Source: Lingula anatina (lineage: Eukaryota > Animalia > Brachiopoda). From it: a stretch of 64,000 nt of DNA. How positions within the stretch are numbered: the stretch's first letter is position 1; each line of letters opens with the position of its first letter. Below the pieces are notes generated by a model. That model was not told the DNA's origin and searched no databases. It saw only the letters and a program-made list of their open reading frames with translations. Below are positions 21,201-30,921 of the stretch, piece by piece. The DNA is taken from NCBI GenBank assembly GCA_051362555.1, contig CM120640.1:57142788-57206787 (forward strand). Reading direction: 5' to 3'. The position numbers were made by a program, and so were the translations under genes.

Positions 21201-24200
21201 AATGATATGGTGAAATATAGGGTTAACACAGAAGAAACAATTATAATCAGGAAAGAAATTTCTAAACTACTTGATCTTGGTGTTATTAAGAAAGTTCAAA
21301 GTGTACCGGGGCAGTTTTTATCTCCTATTTTTGTACGCCCTAAAAAGAATGGAGAATACAGAATGATATTAAATCTTAAGAAGCTGAATCAACACATTCC
21401 CTATGAACATTTTAAAATGGATACTTTTGAAAAGGCATTGACCTTAGTGACAAAAGGATGCTTCCTAGCATCAATTGATATAAAGCATGCATATTATAGT
21501 GTGAAAATAGCAGAAGAACAGCAAATTCTTTTTCGTTTTGTTTGGGAAGGAAATATCTATCAATACACATGCCTTGCAAATGGCGTTTCTGAAGGGCCCA
21601 AAATATTTACGAAATTATTAAAGCCTGTATATGCAAAATTGAGAAGTCTTGGCCATTCTAGTTCAGGATTTATTGATGACAGTTTATTGTGTTCAGATAA
21701 TTACCTTGAATGTGTTGAAAATATAAGATGCACAAAACATCTAATGGAAACACTTGGTTTTATAATCAATGCAGAAAAGTCTGTCCTTATTCCCCAACAA
21801 TCATTGTTGTTTTTGGGAAATATAATTGATTCTGAAAGTATGACGGTGACTTTACCTAAAGATAAAATGGATCACATTGTACAGCAGTGTAAAATGCTTA
21901 TCATTAAAACAGAAGCAAAAGTAAGACTAGTAGCTAAAGTGATTGGAATTATAGTTTCAACATTCTCAGCTGTTGAATATGGTAAACTCCATTATAGAGA
22001 ACTTGAAAAGCAGAAGATAAGTGCTTTAAAAAGCAACAATGGAAATTATGATGCTATGATGCACATTACAATTAGTATGAAGCAAGAATTACAATGGTGG
22101 ATGGAAAATGTCCATTTGCAAAGAAGGAAAATTGACAAAGGAAATGTTGACATTACATTGTATACTGATGCATCCAAATTAGGCTGGGGTGCTCATTTGG
22201 AGGGTCAAAAAATTGGTGGTAGATGGTTTCCAGAAGAAGCTAACCTTCATATAAATGCTTTAGAGTTACTAGCAATATTATATGCATTGCAGTCTTTTAC
22301 ATTTAGATTTGAAAATAAACATGTAAAGATCATGAGTGATAATATTACAGCATGTGACTATATTCAGAATATGGGTGGAATTAAATCTTATTATTGCAAT
22401 AACATAGCAAAAAAGATTTGGCATTGGTGTATCGAGAAAAATGTTTGGCTCACCTGTGTCCATGTGCCAGGGAAAGATAATGTAGATGCTGATGATGCTT
22501 CTAGGAAGTTTAATGAACGTTTAGAATGGAAGTTGAATGAGAATGTATTTCAAAAGATATGTGAAAAATTTGGAAATCCATTTATTGATCTTTTTGCCTC
22601 TAGATTAAATGCGCAAGTTGAAAGATATTGTTCATGGCAGGCAGACCCCTTTGCTTGGGGTATTAATGCATTTACTTATGATTGGGGAACACTGAATTAT
22701 GTTTATCTGTTTCCACCTTTCAGTTTGCTGGGTCATTGTATCCAGAAGATTCGCAAAGACAAAGCCAGGGGTATTATAGTGGCTCCTGTATGGCCAACAC
22801 AGATATGGTTTGCAAAGTTGATGGAATTACTTGTGGAAAACCCAATAGTCATTCAAAAGAAAAAAGGTCTGCTAACTTTACCAGGGAACAAGCTCCCAGT
22901 GGAACATCCTCTTATGGACAAGTTGAAACTCATTGTATGCAAAGTATCAGGGAACAGTTTAGAGAACGAGGCCTTTCTGAGCAATCAACCCACATACTTA
23001 TGTCATCTTGGCGTACAGGGACAAAGAAACAATACAACGTGTTCTGGTTTTCTTAAGGAAACTTTCACCAGTAAAGCACTTGACTTTGAAGGATCTGACT
23101 TTAAAACTTACAATGCTCATGGCATTAATTAATGCCACACGTGTACAAACATTGCATTTAATTTCTGTAGTTGATATGAAAAAGTTGAGTTCAGAGTTTG
23201 TGTTTCAGTTATGTGGTTTACTGAAGCAAAGTAGACCAGGTTGTAATTCATCACATATTGTGTTTAAAGCTTACCCTCCAGATAGGAGGTTGTGTGTTTA
23301 TACTGTTTTAAAAGAGTATATAGCTCGTACAAAGACATTGCGTAGGCATAATGTTGATAAAAATTTGCTTATAAGTTATATGAAACCTTATAAACCTGTT
23401 CAAAGAGATACTATTTCTAGATGGATCAAAGTTGTAATGACAAAATCGGGAATAGACACTACTTTATTTGGTGCTCACAGTGTGAGAGCTGCTGCTGTTT
23501 CAAAGGCAAAAATGAATTCTGTGCCAGTGACAGATATTTTGAACAAAGCTGGTTGGAGTACTGAAAAAACATTTGCAAAATTCTATGAGAAACAAATTGA
23601 GGATAAAGCTACCACATTTGAATATGGAGTTTTAAAAAGGAAGTAATGAGCACATTCATATACTAGTATATACTGGCATGTATAGGTTTACATGAGTATC
23701 TGTTGATGATTTGTTGAAACTGTTCTAAACGATATTTTAAGCTGAAATAAAGGCCATTGAATACTGGTTTATTGATGTTTGTCACATTTTACTTTAAAGT
23801 CTCATTTAAGACTGACCGATATTTTTATACGAAATAGAATTTAAAATTAAACGAGACTTACCTTGGTTAAGTCGATGTTTGATTGTAATTCTGTGAGTGT
23901 AAAAATGAGGGAGGGCTTAAATGCCACCCTCCCCACCCAGCTTACTCAGTAATATAATTCCAATGTAATCAGCTCACAGATATAAATATATATATATATA
24001 TTTCATAATACTACTAATAGATAAATAAATAAAAATGTTCTTTAAAAAAAAAAAAAATGTGAAAACATCAAGCTTTAAAGGCTGAGTACGCATGCGCAAG
24101 CATATCTCATTTAAGCCCTCCCTCATTTTTACACTCACAGAATTACAATCAAACATCGACTTAACCAAGGTAAGTCTCGTTTAATTTTAAATTTTTAAAC

Positions 24201-27200
24201 AATTACTTTTGTATTTTAAATCTGGTAATATTTCTTCAATTCACAAATCACTTCTACACATTTATGATTATGAAAATTAGATAAAGACACTGAACCAATT
24301 TATTAAAAATTGGGGGTTAATTTTATGTAAAACACCCTCGCCCCCATAAAATCCTTTTACAGAATCCCTTCTTTGATTATGAACATGAATTTCATTTACT
24401 GAAAACGATTTGATAAATATGACAGGACTGTTCTATGAAAAAAGTTTTGGAATAATAGTTATATTCCTATTGATATTTATATGGAATTTGCACATTTGGC
24501 ATGCATAACATTGAGCCACAACCTTGTTTTTTACTACCCCAGAAAGTTATTTCTAGTATCATTTACATTGTTTTTTGAAATATGTTTTGAAATAAAACTT
24601 TGCCAAACAAACTCAAAATTACTCAAAAATACTTCATATATAAAAATCTCAAATTATGTCAATTCAGGAAGCATTGAAAGGAAAACAGGAATTTCAATAT
24701 ATGAAACCCATTTTGCCCAAATCCCCATATAATTGCACTGTAATAAAAGTGAAGTTTTTGGGATGATACCTCTCAAAAATGAGCTAAATTACATTCTGAA
24801 TCTCTTTTCATATTTTATTACATATATGTGAGAGCCTCTTTAAATGACATAATTAGGAGTAAAGAAAATAATAACATGTTCCTACCTAAGACCAGCTTGT
24901 TGTGGGGATCCCTGTACCTGGCGCATGCTGACATCCCATTGCTAAAAACTACATGTTGGTTGGGAAGTCGACCACATTTATTCCAACTTGGAGTGGAGAC
25001 TTGTAAAACTTCTGATTTTCTTACATCAAGATATTTCATTATATCTGTTTTGGTATTACCTTGAAATAAAAATGTTGAAATTTTATTCTAAATAAAATTT
25101 CCTGTTGATTTGATTGCACAATAATTGGAGCAAAAGAAGGAAGGAGATAAAACATTTAGATATAAGTCTCATCTAACACATTTAAGTTTTCCTTTGTAGG
25201 AAAAAGTATGTACACTGTTGTTCCAGCCAGTTTCCTTAAGCTAAGGGTTAGGTAAATACTTTGTGACAGATTTCATTTGAAGGTGTTAGGCTTGAATTGA
25301 AGGCAGTGTGCATGAATGTGGCCTACAGGTCTTTGCAAACAAACCAACTTATAACAAATGTAACTGACATTGACGTCCTATCCTCTCAGCATACTGCATG
25401 AAGTGCGGGGACAGGCATTTTCCATAATACAAATAATTGCTATATTCTGGCAAAAAAGATCAGTGTTTTCAGGAATGTGTCTCATTAAGATGACTTCTTT
25501 GATTACTGGAACTGACCTGGAAATGAGTTCTTAACATTTGACACTCAGGCATTCATTTTACTGATGAAAAAACAACTTGAAGAATACAAGGGCCTAATTA
25601 AACATTATTTACAGCTGGAATGCACAGAAGTTATGTTTGACCTTTTCTTACATTTCCCTTTTCACACAACTTTTTTCTTGTCGATAGAAAAAAAAGAAAA
25701 TGGTCTGAAATGGTAGATAATTAGTTTTCCTGTGTAGATTGATAATCAGACCCATATGTGCCCTCACTGAAATTGTTGTACATGTGACATTTATTATTCA
25801 CAATAAGGTACCTAAGAATATTTCATTCGCTACTTGTGACATGGGAACTGTAATCTCATGCTATTTTGTGCTTAATAGAAGTCAACTTTCATATGCTGCT
25901 TTCAGACAGGTAAAGGAAACCAAGAAATGGCCAATTTCTTTGCCCAGAGATAGAACTATTAGTCTTAAAATGAAACAAGTTTTATGATAATTATGATTGA
26001 TTAGCATAAATTGAGTTAAATGTGCCCTATTTAAAGTATTTGTAATACAATAAGAAAAATGAATTTTGAAGTCAAGGTAACAGATTTCTTAGACCCCATT
26101 TCCAGAGATTAGATCGAGCTACTTTAGATCGACCTAACTCCCTGGGGGTTCACGCTAAATAGCTGTCAGCCGGGCGGACACGAAAGTTAATTACCCCTTT
26201 ACAGCTTGTAGTAGGCCGGACGGACATTTAAGCCGGATTATCTGACAGTAATCTAGTGAGACTCCCCGCGGGGATAGATCGATCTAAAAGCTCTGGGAAT
26301 ACAGCCTAAGAATAAACAAAAATTAAAATTCATCAAAAAATAGCATTTGGATGTAGTAATTTGAATAAACAAAAACATGAAGTTGAAATTAGACAAAAAG
26401 GCAAACCTTCTAAACCCTTATAAAAAGCTGGATGTGTAGAATTTAATACCAATAGAAAAAGAGTTAGGGACCATTCCCACAGATATTTGGATCGATCTAT
26501 CTCCCTGGGGAGTCTCACTAAATTGCTATCAAACTAACTGGCTAATATCTGTCACGCCTAGTAAAACTGTTAGGGGGTAATTATCTTTACCCCTAACTGA
26601 TTCGGTAGGGGTGACAGACATTTAAGCCTCTTGAGCTGATAGCAATTTAGCGAGAACCCCTAGGGAGTTAAGTCAATCCAGATGGATCGATCTAAGTATG
26701 GGAATCCAGTCTTAAAGTAATTTGTAGCAGTTATTTAAAACTTACAGGATATTCTGATATCTAGCTGAAAATATGTAACATGGCCAGCTGTTATGGTGTT
26801 TGAAAAATGGAAATGCCTGTTACCAATTATCAACCATACTTAACTACACCTGTACATGTATCAAACAGACTTTTGATTAGTAGCAGATGCCATTTTAAAA
26901 GATTAACTTCTCAATAATCTTTAAATTATAGCATCTGTGTGATTGCTTTTTATAAAGTTTGTGCAGTTTTCAATTGTCAGAACAGTTGCCCTGTGGCAAG
27001 AGACAAAAATAACCACTGAAATACCAGTACATAATATTGTTTTTCACAGAAATTCCCATATGATTGATAACAGAAGAGACTGAGCAAATTTTGTCTTAAG
27101 TTTTCAAGTGGTTTTGCCAAGTGACAATTGAGGAAAAGGTAAGGAATTTTGAGAATTACCTTTTGGCACCATGCTCTCCACTGTAGTTGACCAATAAATT

Positions 27201-28282
27201 CTGTCCTCTACAATTTGAAAATCACTTTGGTTTTTTGCAGTATCTATCTTTTGTTTTAATTCTTTTTGTATCACAGATCCGTTTGCTGGTGATGAATCCC
27301 AAGCACCAGGCTTATCATTTTGCAGAGATTGCACATTCCCATGCCTTTCATTGAGCAGCTGATGTTTTCCTCCTTTTGGCAGGTGCTGAGAGACTTGGGG
27401 TGGTTTTGTTGATATCATCAAGGAATTATACTTGGATAGGGGTGATGACATTTTGCTTTGGCTTTTTCCTGATTTACCCCAAGCAATTGAAGGCCCATTT
27501 CTATTCTCAAAATGCTGTTTACCATTTAAAAGTTCCATGTGCCTTTGATCTGTCTTGCCCATGCCAAGAAAGGGAAAAGCTTCCTCTTCATGATTTTTTA
27601 TGGAATTTTTAGTTGGAAGAAGAGGATATGAGGGTGTTTTTCCTATTTTTATGTTTTGATGTGCATGTATGTGTATGGTATTTGGATTTTCTAATAATTT
27701 TTCATTATATTCATCATCAAAATCTTCTTCTTCATAATCACCATCATCATCATCTTCATCTTCATCACTTTCATCATTTTCTTTATTTCTTGATTGTTTC
27801 ACATCCACAGAAAACTTTTCAATGTCATCGTAATCACTATATGTCTCATGGTCGTTTTGTTGCTGTTCACTGTTGTGCATTGATGGTAAAGTCAAATTGG
27901 TTTCCCTTCTTGTGTGTGTAATTACAGAGTTTCCAGCATTTCTGAATACCTTTCCCTCTAAGCCATTATCATGTTCCACTCTTAAGTCATCATTACTCTC
28001 CCAGCCCTTTACATTATCACCACCAAAGTGAGCCTGGGGCCTGCGATCTATCTTCACCAGTGCATTGTGTTTCCACAGTGCATGAAGGTTACCACCATCC
28101 AGCTGCTGCTTGGGGTCTTCACCTTTATCTCCAAATCGCAGTTCATAATCACTGAAAATGTCTCCAGTGTTGTCCTGTTGTTGAAAATTCAGCAGCATAC
28201 AGGTGACCATGAATCCCAGTGCCACTAGTGAAATGGCAGTTCTGTATCCTCTCCATAGTCTGACAGGACTCGCAAGCCTCAT
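17866..28282 (-). CDS. FJX1: Four-jointed (FJX1)-like Golgi/secretory-pathway protein kinase, 5 coding exons, ~692 aa
   Basis: Exons 28282-27160, 25059-24886, 19659-19473, 19058-18894, 18295-17866 total 2079 nt, in phase. Type II signal anchor (AISLVALGFMVTCMLL). Motifs: IYWS..VE..VP, CGR..N..V.F..G..ACARY, GEVLSYYLA.LLGL.NVP, QW.EMIIFDYITGNYDR, LIDNESGL. Confidence 0.92.
18647..18931. repeat. ~142-bp tandem duplication spanning the 3' end and donor of four-jointed exon 4
   Basis: Units start at 18647 and 18790 and carry several substitutions. Confidence 0.9.
18894..19058 (-). CDS. FJX1: four-jointed-like exon 4
   Basis: SRVKMP...LLQWGEMIIFDYITGNYDR catalytic-loop motif. Confidence 0.9.
19473..19659 (-). 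CDS. FJX1: four-jointed-like exon 3
   Basis: EVLSYYLAGLLGLDNVPIVVLS...VAFIQWIDSLNGE. Confidence 0.9.
19945..21060 (+). CDS. DIRS gag-like ORF1
   Basis: RPKNCESLVIVKTNKMVW, DKKLQDVQ, LFGDDI and an RG-rich tail, typical of DIRS1 ORF1. Confidence 0.85.
   Translation: MAAESTCSAVLPGLSKPAIDTCKNSEDVKAKKVRTRTGKGKLDDKAKSSHNSDEYLTIMKNIQETVQRQETSINSVVGRIDTLEKQYLYHDEYCEENYDFDEQYDERLEDETCPEAGTSSTNRFDDMTKRYKLIEYTDVEVDSVLASSVNDLFTNGIVDHSKYTELTKDENNSRPKNCESLVIVKTNKMVWNIIPQYAKTNDKKLQDVQMSVVKAATLMTKGIDKLAKLETGNDTSEGLGKLIDMFNDSIALLGHANTQINCFRKDLLKPNLKPEYKPLCNHSIPCTTFLFGDDITKSAREVEDSAKMSYKMMQSRMGLDYRNRPYQRGPRFRGRMRGRYNRGRGSSSQRGAHADSKNFSWQSSQWDQNRY
21024..23132 (+). CDS. DIRS pol: reverse transcriptase, RNase H, methyltransferase-like domain
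   Basis: AGRL, YRMILNLKKLN, HFKM, IDIKHAYY, FIDD, TDAS..GWG, HINALEL, SDN, DLFASRLN, FPPF; extreme C-terminus altered by deletion. Confidence 0.93.
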   Translation: MAKQPVGSEQILEVRHKFQAGRLHLFVDEWRKLTSDPYILDIVQNCHINVDTNIGFQNLNDMVKYRVNTEETIIIRKEISKLLDLGVIKKVQSVPGQFLSPIFVRPKKNGEYRMILNLKKLNQHIPYEHFKMDTFEKALTLVTKGCFLASIDIKHAYYSVKIAEEQQILFRFVWEGNIYQYTCLANGVSEGPKIFTKLLKPVYAKLRSLGHSSSGFIDDSLLCSDNYLECVENIRCTKHLMETLGFIINAEKSVLIPQQSLLFLGNIIDSESMTVTLPKDKMDHIVQQCKMLIIKTEAKVRLVAKVIGIIVSTFSAVEYGKLHYRELEKQKISALKSNNGNYDAMMHITISMKQELQWWMENVHLQRRKIDKGNVDITLYTDASKLGWGAHLEGQKIGGRWFPEEANLHINALELLAILYALQSFTFRFENKHVKIMSDNITACDYIQNMGGIKSYYCNNIAKKIWHWCIEKNVWLTCVHVPGKDNVDADDASRKFNERLEWKLNENVFQKICEKFGNPFIDLFASRLNAQVERYCSWQADPFAWGINAFTYDWGTLNYVYLFPPFSLLGHCIQKIRKDKARGIIVAPVWPTQIWFAKLMELLVENPIVIQKKKGLLTLPGNKLPVEHPLMDKLKLIVCKVSGNSLENEAFLSNQPTYLCHLGVQGQRNNTTCSGFLKETFTSKALDFEGSDFKTYNAHGIN
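22950..23646 (+). pseudogene. DIRS tyrosine recombinase with internal deletion and frameshift
   Basis: N-terminal GLSEQSTHILMSSWRTGTKKQY jumps at ~23035-23041, out of frame, to VLVFLRKL..LTLK; catalytic R, K, HSVR, GW and Y retained. Confidence 0.85.
23800..23923. repeat. DIRS internal complementary region (ICR)
   Basis: 23800-23839 is the reverse complement of the left terminus; 23840-23923 is the reverse complement of 24108-24191. Confidence 0.95.
24886..25059 (-). CDS. FJX1: four-jointed-like exon 2
   Basis: NTKTDIMKYLDV...WNKCGRLPNQHVVFSNGMSACARYRDPHNKLVL. Confidence 0.9.
26092..26306. mobile_element. Harbinger-like MITE family A
   Basis: Homologous to 43265-43488; TTA/TAA flanks. Confidence 0.75.
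26467..26711. mobile_element. Harbinger-like MITE family A (second subfamily)
   Basis: TTA on both sides; ttccca..gat..gatcgatc TIRs. Confidence 0.75.
27160..28282 (-). CDS. FJX1: four-jointed-like exon 1 (signal anchor, long acidic stalk)
   Basis: ORF 27104..28282; donor AAAG|gtaatt. Confidence 0.88.
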
Positions 28283-29264
28283 TTTTAGACAATGTCATTT
28301 TAATTTCCCTGTCTGTGCTATGAATTTTAAGGAAAGTTCCATTTTAAGTGTAGTACCAGTCTAGTATCAGGCCATCACTGAAATTAAAAGAAAAAATAAT
28401 TAATTTCCCTGCTTGCATCTATAAATACTGCTGTGAAATGCATTTCTTTTTCTGCAGCAGGTGTTATCCCGTAAAAGCTTTCCAGCATCTCATCCAGACC
28501 TACTCCATCACTGTAATGAGAAATTGCAAACTATGAGTGGTTAATGTGATAAGTGATATCCCTGGAGATAACTGTGTTTTTTGTTATCAGTGGGGATCTT
28601 AACTATTGGATGGGGTCTCCAACAATAGGCAGGTGCCATGAGGGACTTGATGAGTCGACATTTAATCCATCCACAGGTTTTATGTGCAAACAGCCAAACT
28701 GTGCTTTGGCACAATTGAACAACACTTAAAATAAAATCTCAGGCCTGAGATATATAATATAAAAACAGCCAGACAAGAAGTGAAGTGGATCACCAAAAAT
28801 ATTTTACCTTCCTTGATCTTCCTTCTCATTCAGTAGAAAAATGTTTACATGTGTCATCCTTCCTTTCCTCGTTTATCATACTTTTCTTCTCCTGAGGCCC
28901 ACTATAAATTAGCCAGCATGCATCAGCCAGTTAGTATACTGTAAGTTAGCTTGGCCCCATGAACTGAGACTATAGCTCTCTTTGAACCAACATTTATCAT
29001 CATACAAGTTCACACAGACTTCTCAAACTACTCACCAGCTGCATGAAGATCAGAGAGAGAGAGAGAGAGAGTAAAAACATTCTGCTTGACAAAATGCTCG
29101 CCTGCTCCCTGATTTAGTGCCAATCAGGGGAGTACCTTGACTTGTTATTTGCTGGTTGGAGTCCAAATAAGACCAGGGATACAACACATGTCACCTCTTA
29201 CTGATATCCAGTGTTCCTTCTTGGTTCTGTATATGCTGTGACAAACTAATGACATTTTCTCATA

Positions 29265-29810
29265 GAGCGGATTCTCAACGAATTAAGCCAGGCTTTACAA
29301 AGCCGGTGACCTAAAAATGGCGGACGTACATGAAAGAAAAACCGCCTAATCTTTTAATAGTCTCTCCGCCTCCCCACACGTCGTCCCTGCGGGGTACAGT
29401 AATTAAATCTCGGCTCCGTTCGCCATGCGGAAGCTACCTGAGAAATATTAAGTGCGCATGCTCATCAGTTAAACTCGTGGTGAAGAAAGCATGGCGGCTG
29501 AAGGCGATCGAAGGAAAAAAGCTCTTCTGTTCTATTATCTTTGAAAACAGAGACGAAAAAGGAATAATTTGGCCCGTAGAGCAGCAATGAATCGACTATC
29601 TACGGAGATAATATCACCAGAGATATTCACGGAAATATTAATGTTCGGAGCCGAGATTTAATTACTGTACCCCGCAGGGACGACGTGTGGGGAGGCGTGT
29701 GAGAGGCGGAAAGACTATTAAAAGATTAGGCGGTTTTTCTTTCATGTACGTCCGCCATTTTTAGGTCACCGGCTTTGTAAAGCCTGGCTTAATTCGTTGA
29801 GAATGCGCTC
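29265..29810. mobile_element. Foldback MITE with ~155-bp near-perfect TIRs
   Basis: GAGCG..TTCTCAACGAATTAAGCC ... GGCTTAATTCGTTGAGAA..CGCTC; flanking direct repeat ATA (or CATAG if the ends are shifted by 1). Confidence 0.88.
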
Positions 29811-30753
29811 ATAGTGTATTGTATTGTCTACTTATACACTTTATCAATCAGCCTTATGGCAGCCCTGTTCATAAAGGTGCTATGCATTCATGATAATGGA
29901 CCAAGAAAGGTTTTAAACTGGTTTACCCTTTGGTAACCTCAATTCATTTGTATTAAATTACCTGGGGAGCTGTTTTCTGTGATTGAACATTCTAATGAGG
30001 TTTCATTATGTACCACCAATTGTCAAGTACCCTTTCTTTGCTGGCCTCTCCAATTTTCTTCTCTTATTTCACAAGCTCCAGTGAGTTTTGTACAAAAGAG
30101 TGGAAATGGGCATTTATACAAGAAATGATTTTACATACAAAATAAAACTTTGGGTGTCGAGAAATATGTCGACTGAACACGGAAATGTATTTTGTAAAAA
30201 AGCTGGGTTGATTGTTAGCATATTTTTAAAAGCTTGAATAAATACAACAAAATATATGCAGCAATTTATGGTTGATGATAAAACTCGTTAAGTTTTTCAC
30301 ATACATGTATAAGTACCTGACAAACTTCAGACAAGTTCCTAATTAGGCTTTAGTCACCTAGGTTGGTTGTTTTAAATGATTTATTAACAGCATTGGATCT
30401 TATTTGTCTCCTTGGTGTGAGTGTGATCTATGCAATAAATTGGATGATGTACATGCAGCTCAAGATGAATTAAAATTTACTCCCAGAGCATAACTTAATT
30501 ATCTTGTTCTCTTGGGAAAAACAAAGCCTTGCATGCAATAGTTTTTTGATGTTACATAATACACAAAGTTACACATACATGTACATTCTAACCAGCATTT
30601 CTGTATGTGGTTTAAGAATAATTTAATAGCTCTAAGAATATTGCTCTATATACTTATACACGTAACATCAATCCAAAGGATATAAGGTTTTGATTATAAA
30701 CCAATAATAAATGAGTTGCTAGTACTCCAGATCCTTGAAATACTAGTCATCCT

Positions 30754-30921
30754 CAGGGGCGGATTCAGAGATATTTTCTGACAGTCTTCCAAATTATCTT
30801 TGTTGATCCGTTCTTCATTTTTGACCGTCTTCCGACAGAAAAAATTGGATACCCGTCAATGTAAACTTGAAAATCTGACCGTCTTCCGGAAGACCCAGAA
30901 GACGCCCTAAATCCGCCCCTG
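30754..30921. mobile_element. MITE with CAGGGGCGGATT TIRs and 5-bp TSD (ATCCT)
   Basis: atcct|caggggcggatt ... aatccgcccctg|atcct. Confidence 0.8.

Larger units (their letters stand above)
19669..24191 (+). mobile_element. DIRS1-type tyrosine-recombinase retrotransposon
   Basis: 34-bp ITRs (19698-19731/24082-24115); ICR 23800-23923 complementary to both termini; gag, RT-RNaseH-MT and YR ORFs; TT overlap rather than a conventional TSD. Confidence 0.96.

Noticed and set aside
20746-22463. Minus-strand ORFs within DIRS
   Set aside because: Antisense shadows of gag/pol with no recognisable motifs.
27376-28228. His-rich plus-strand ORFs
   Set aside because: Antisense of the GAT/GAA acidic tract in four-jointed exon 1.
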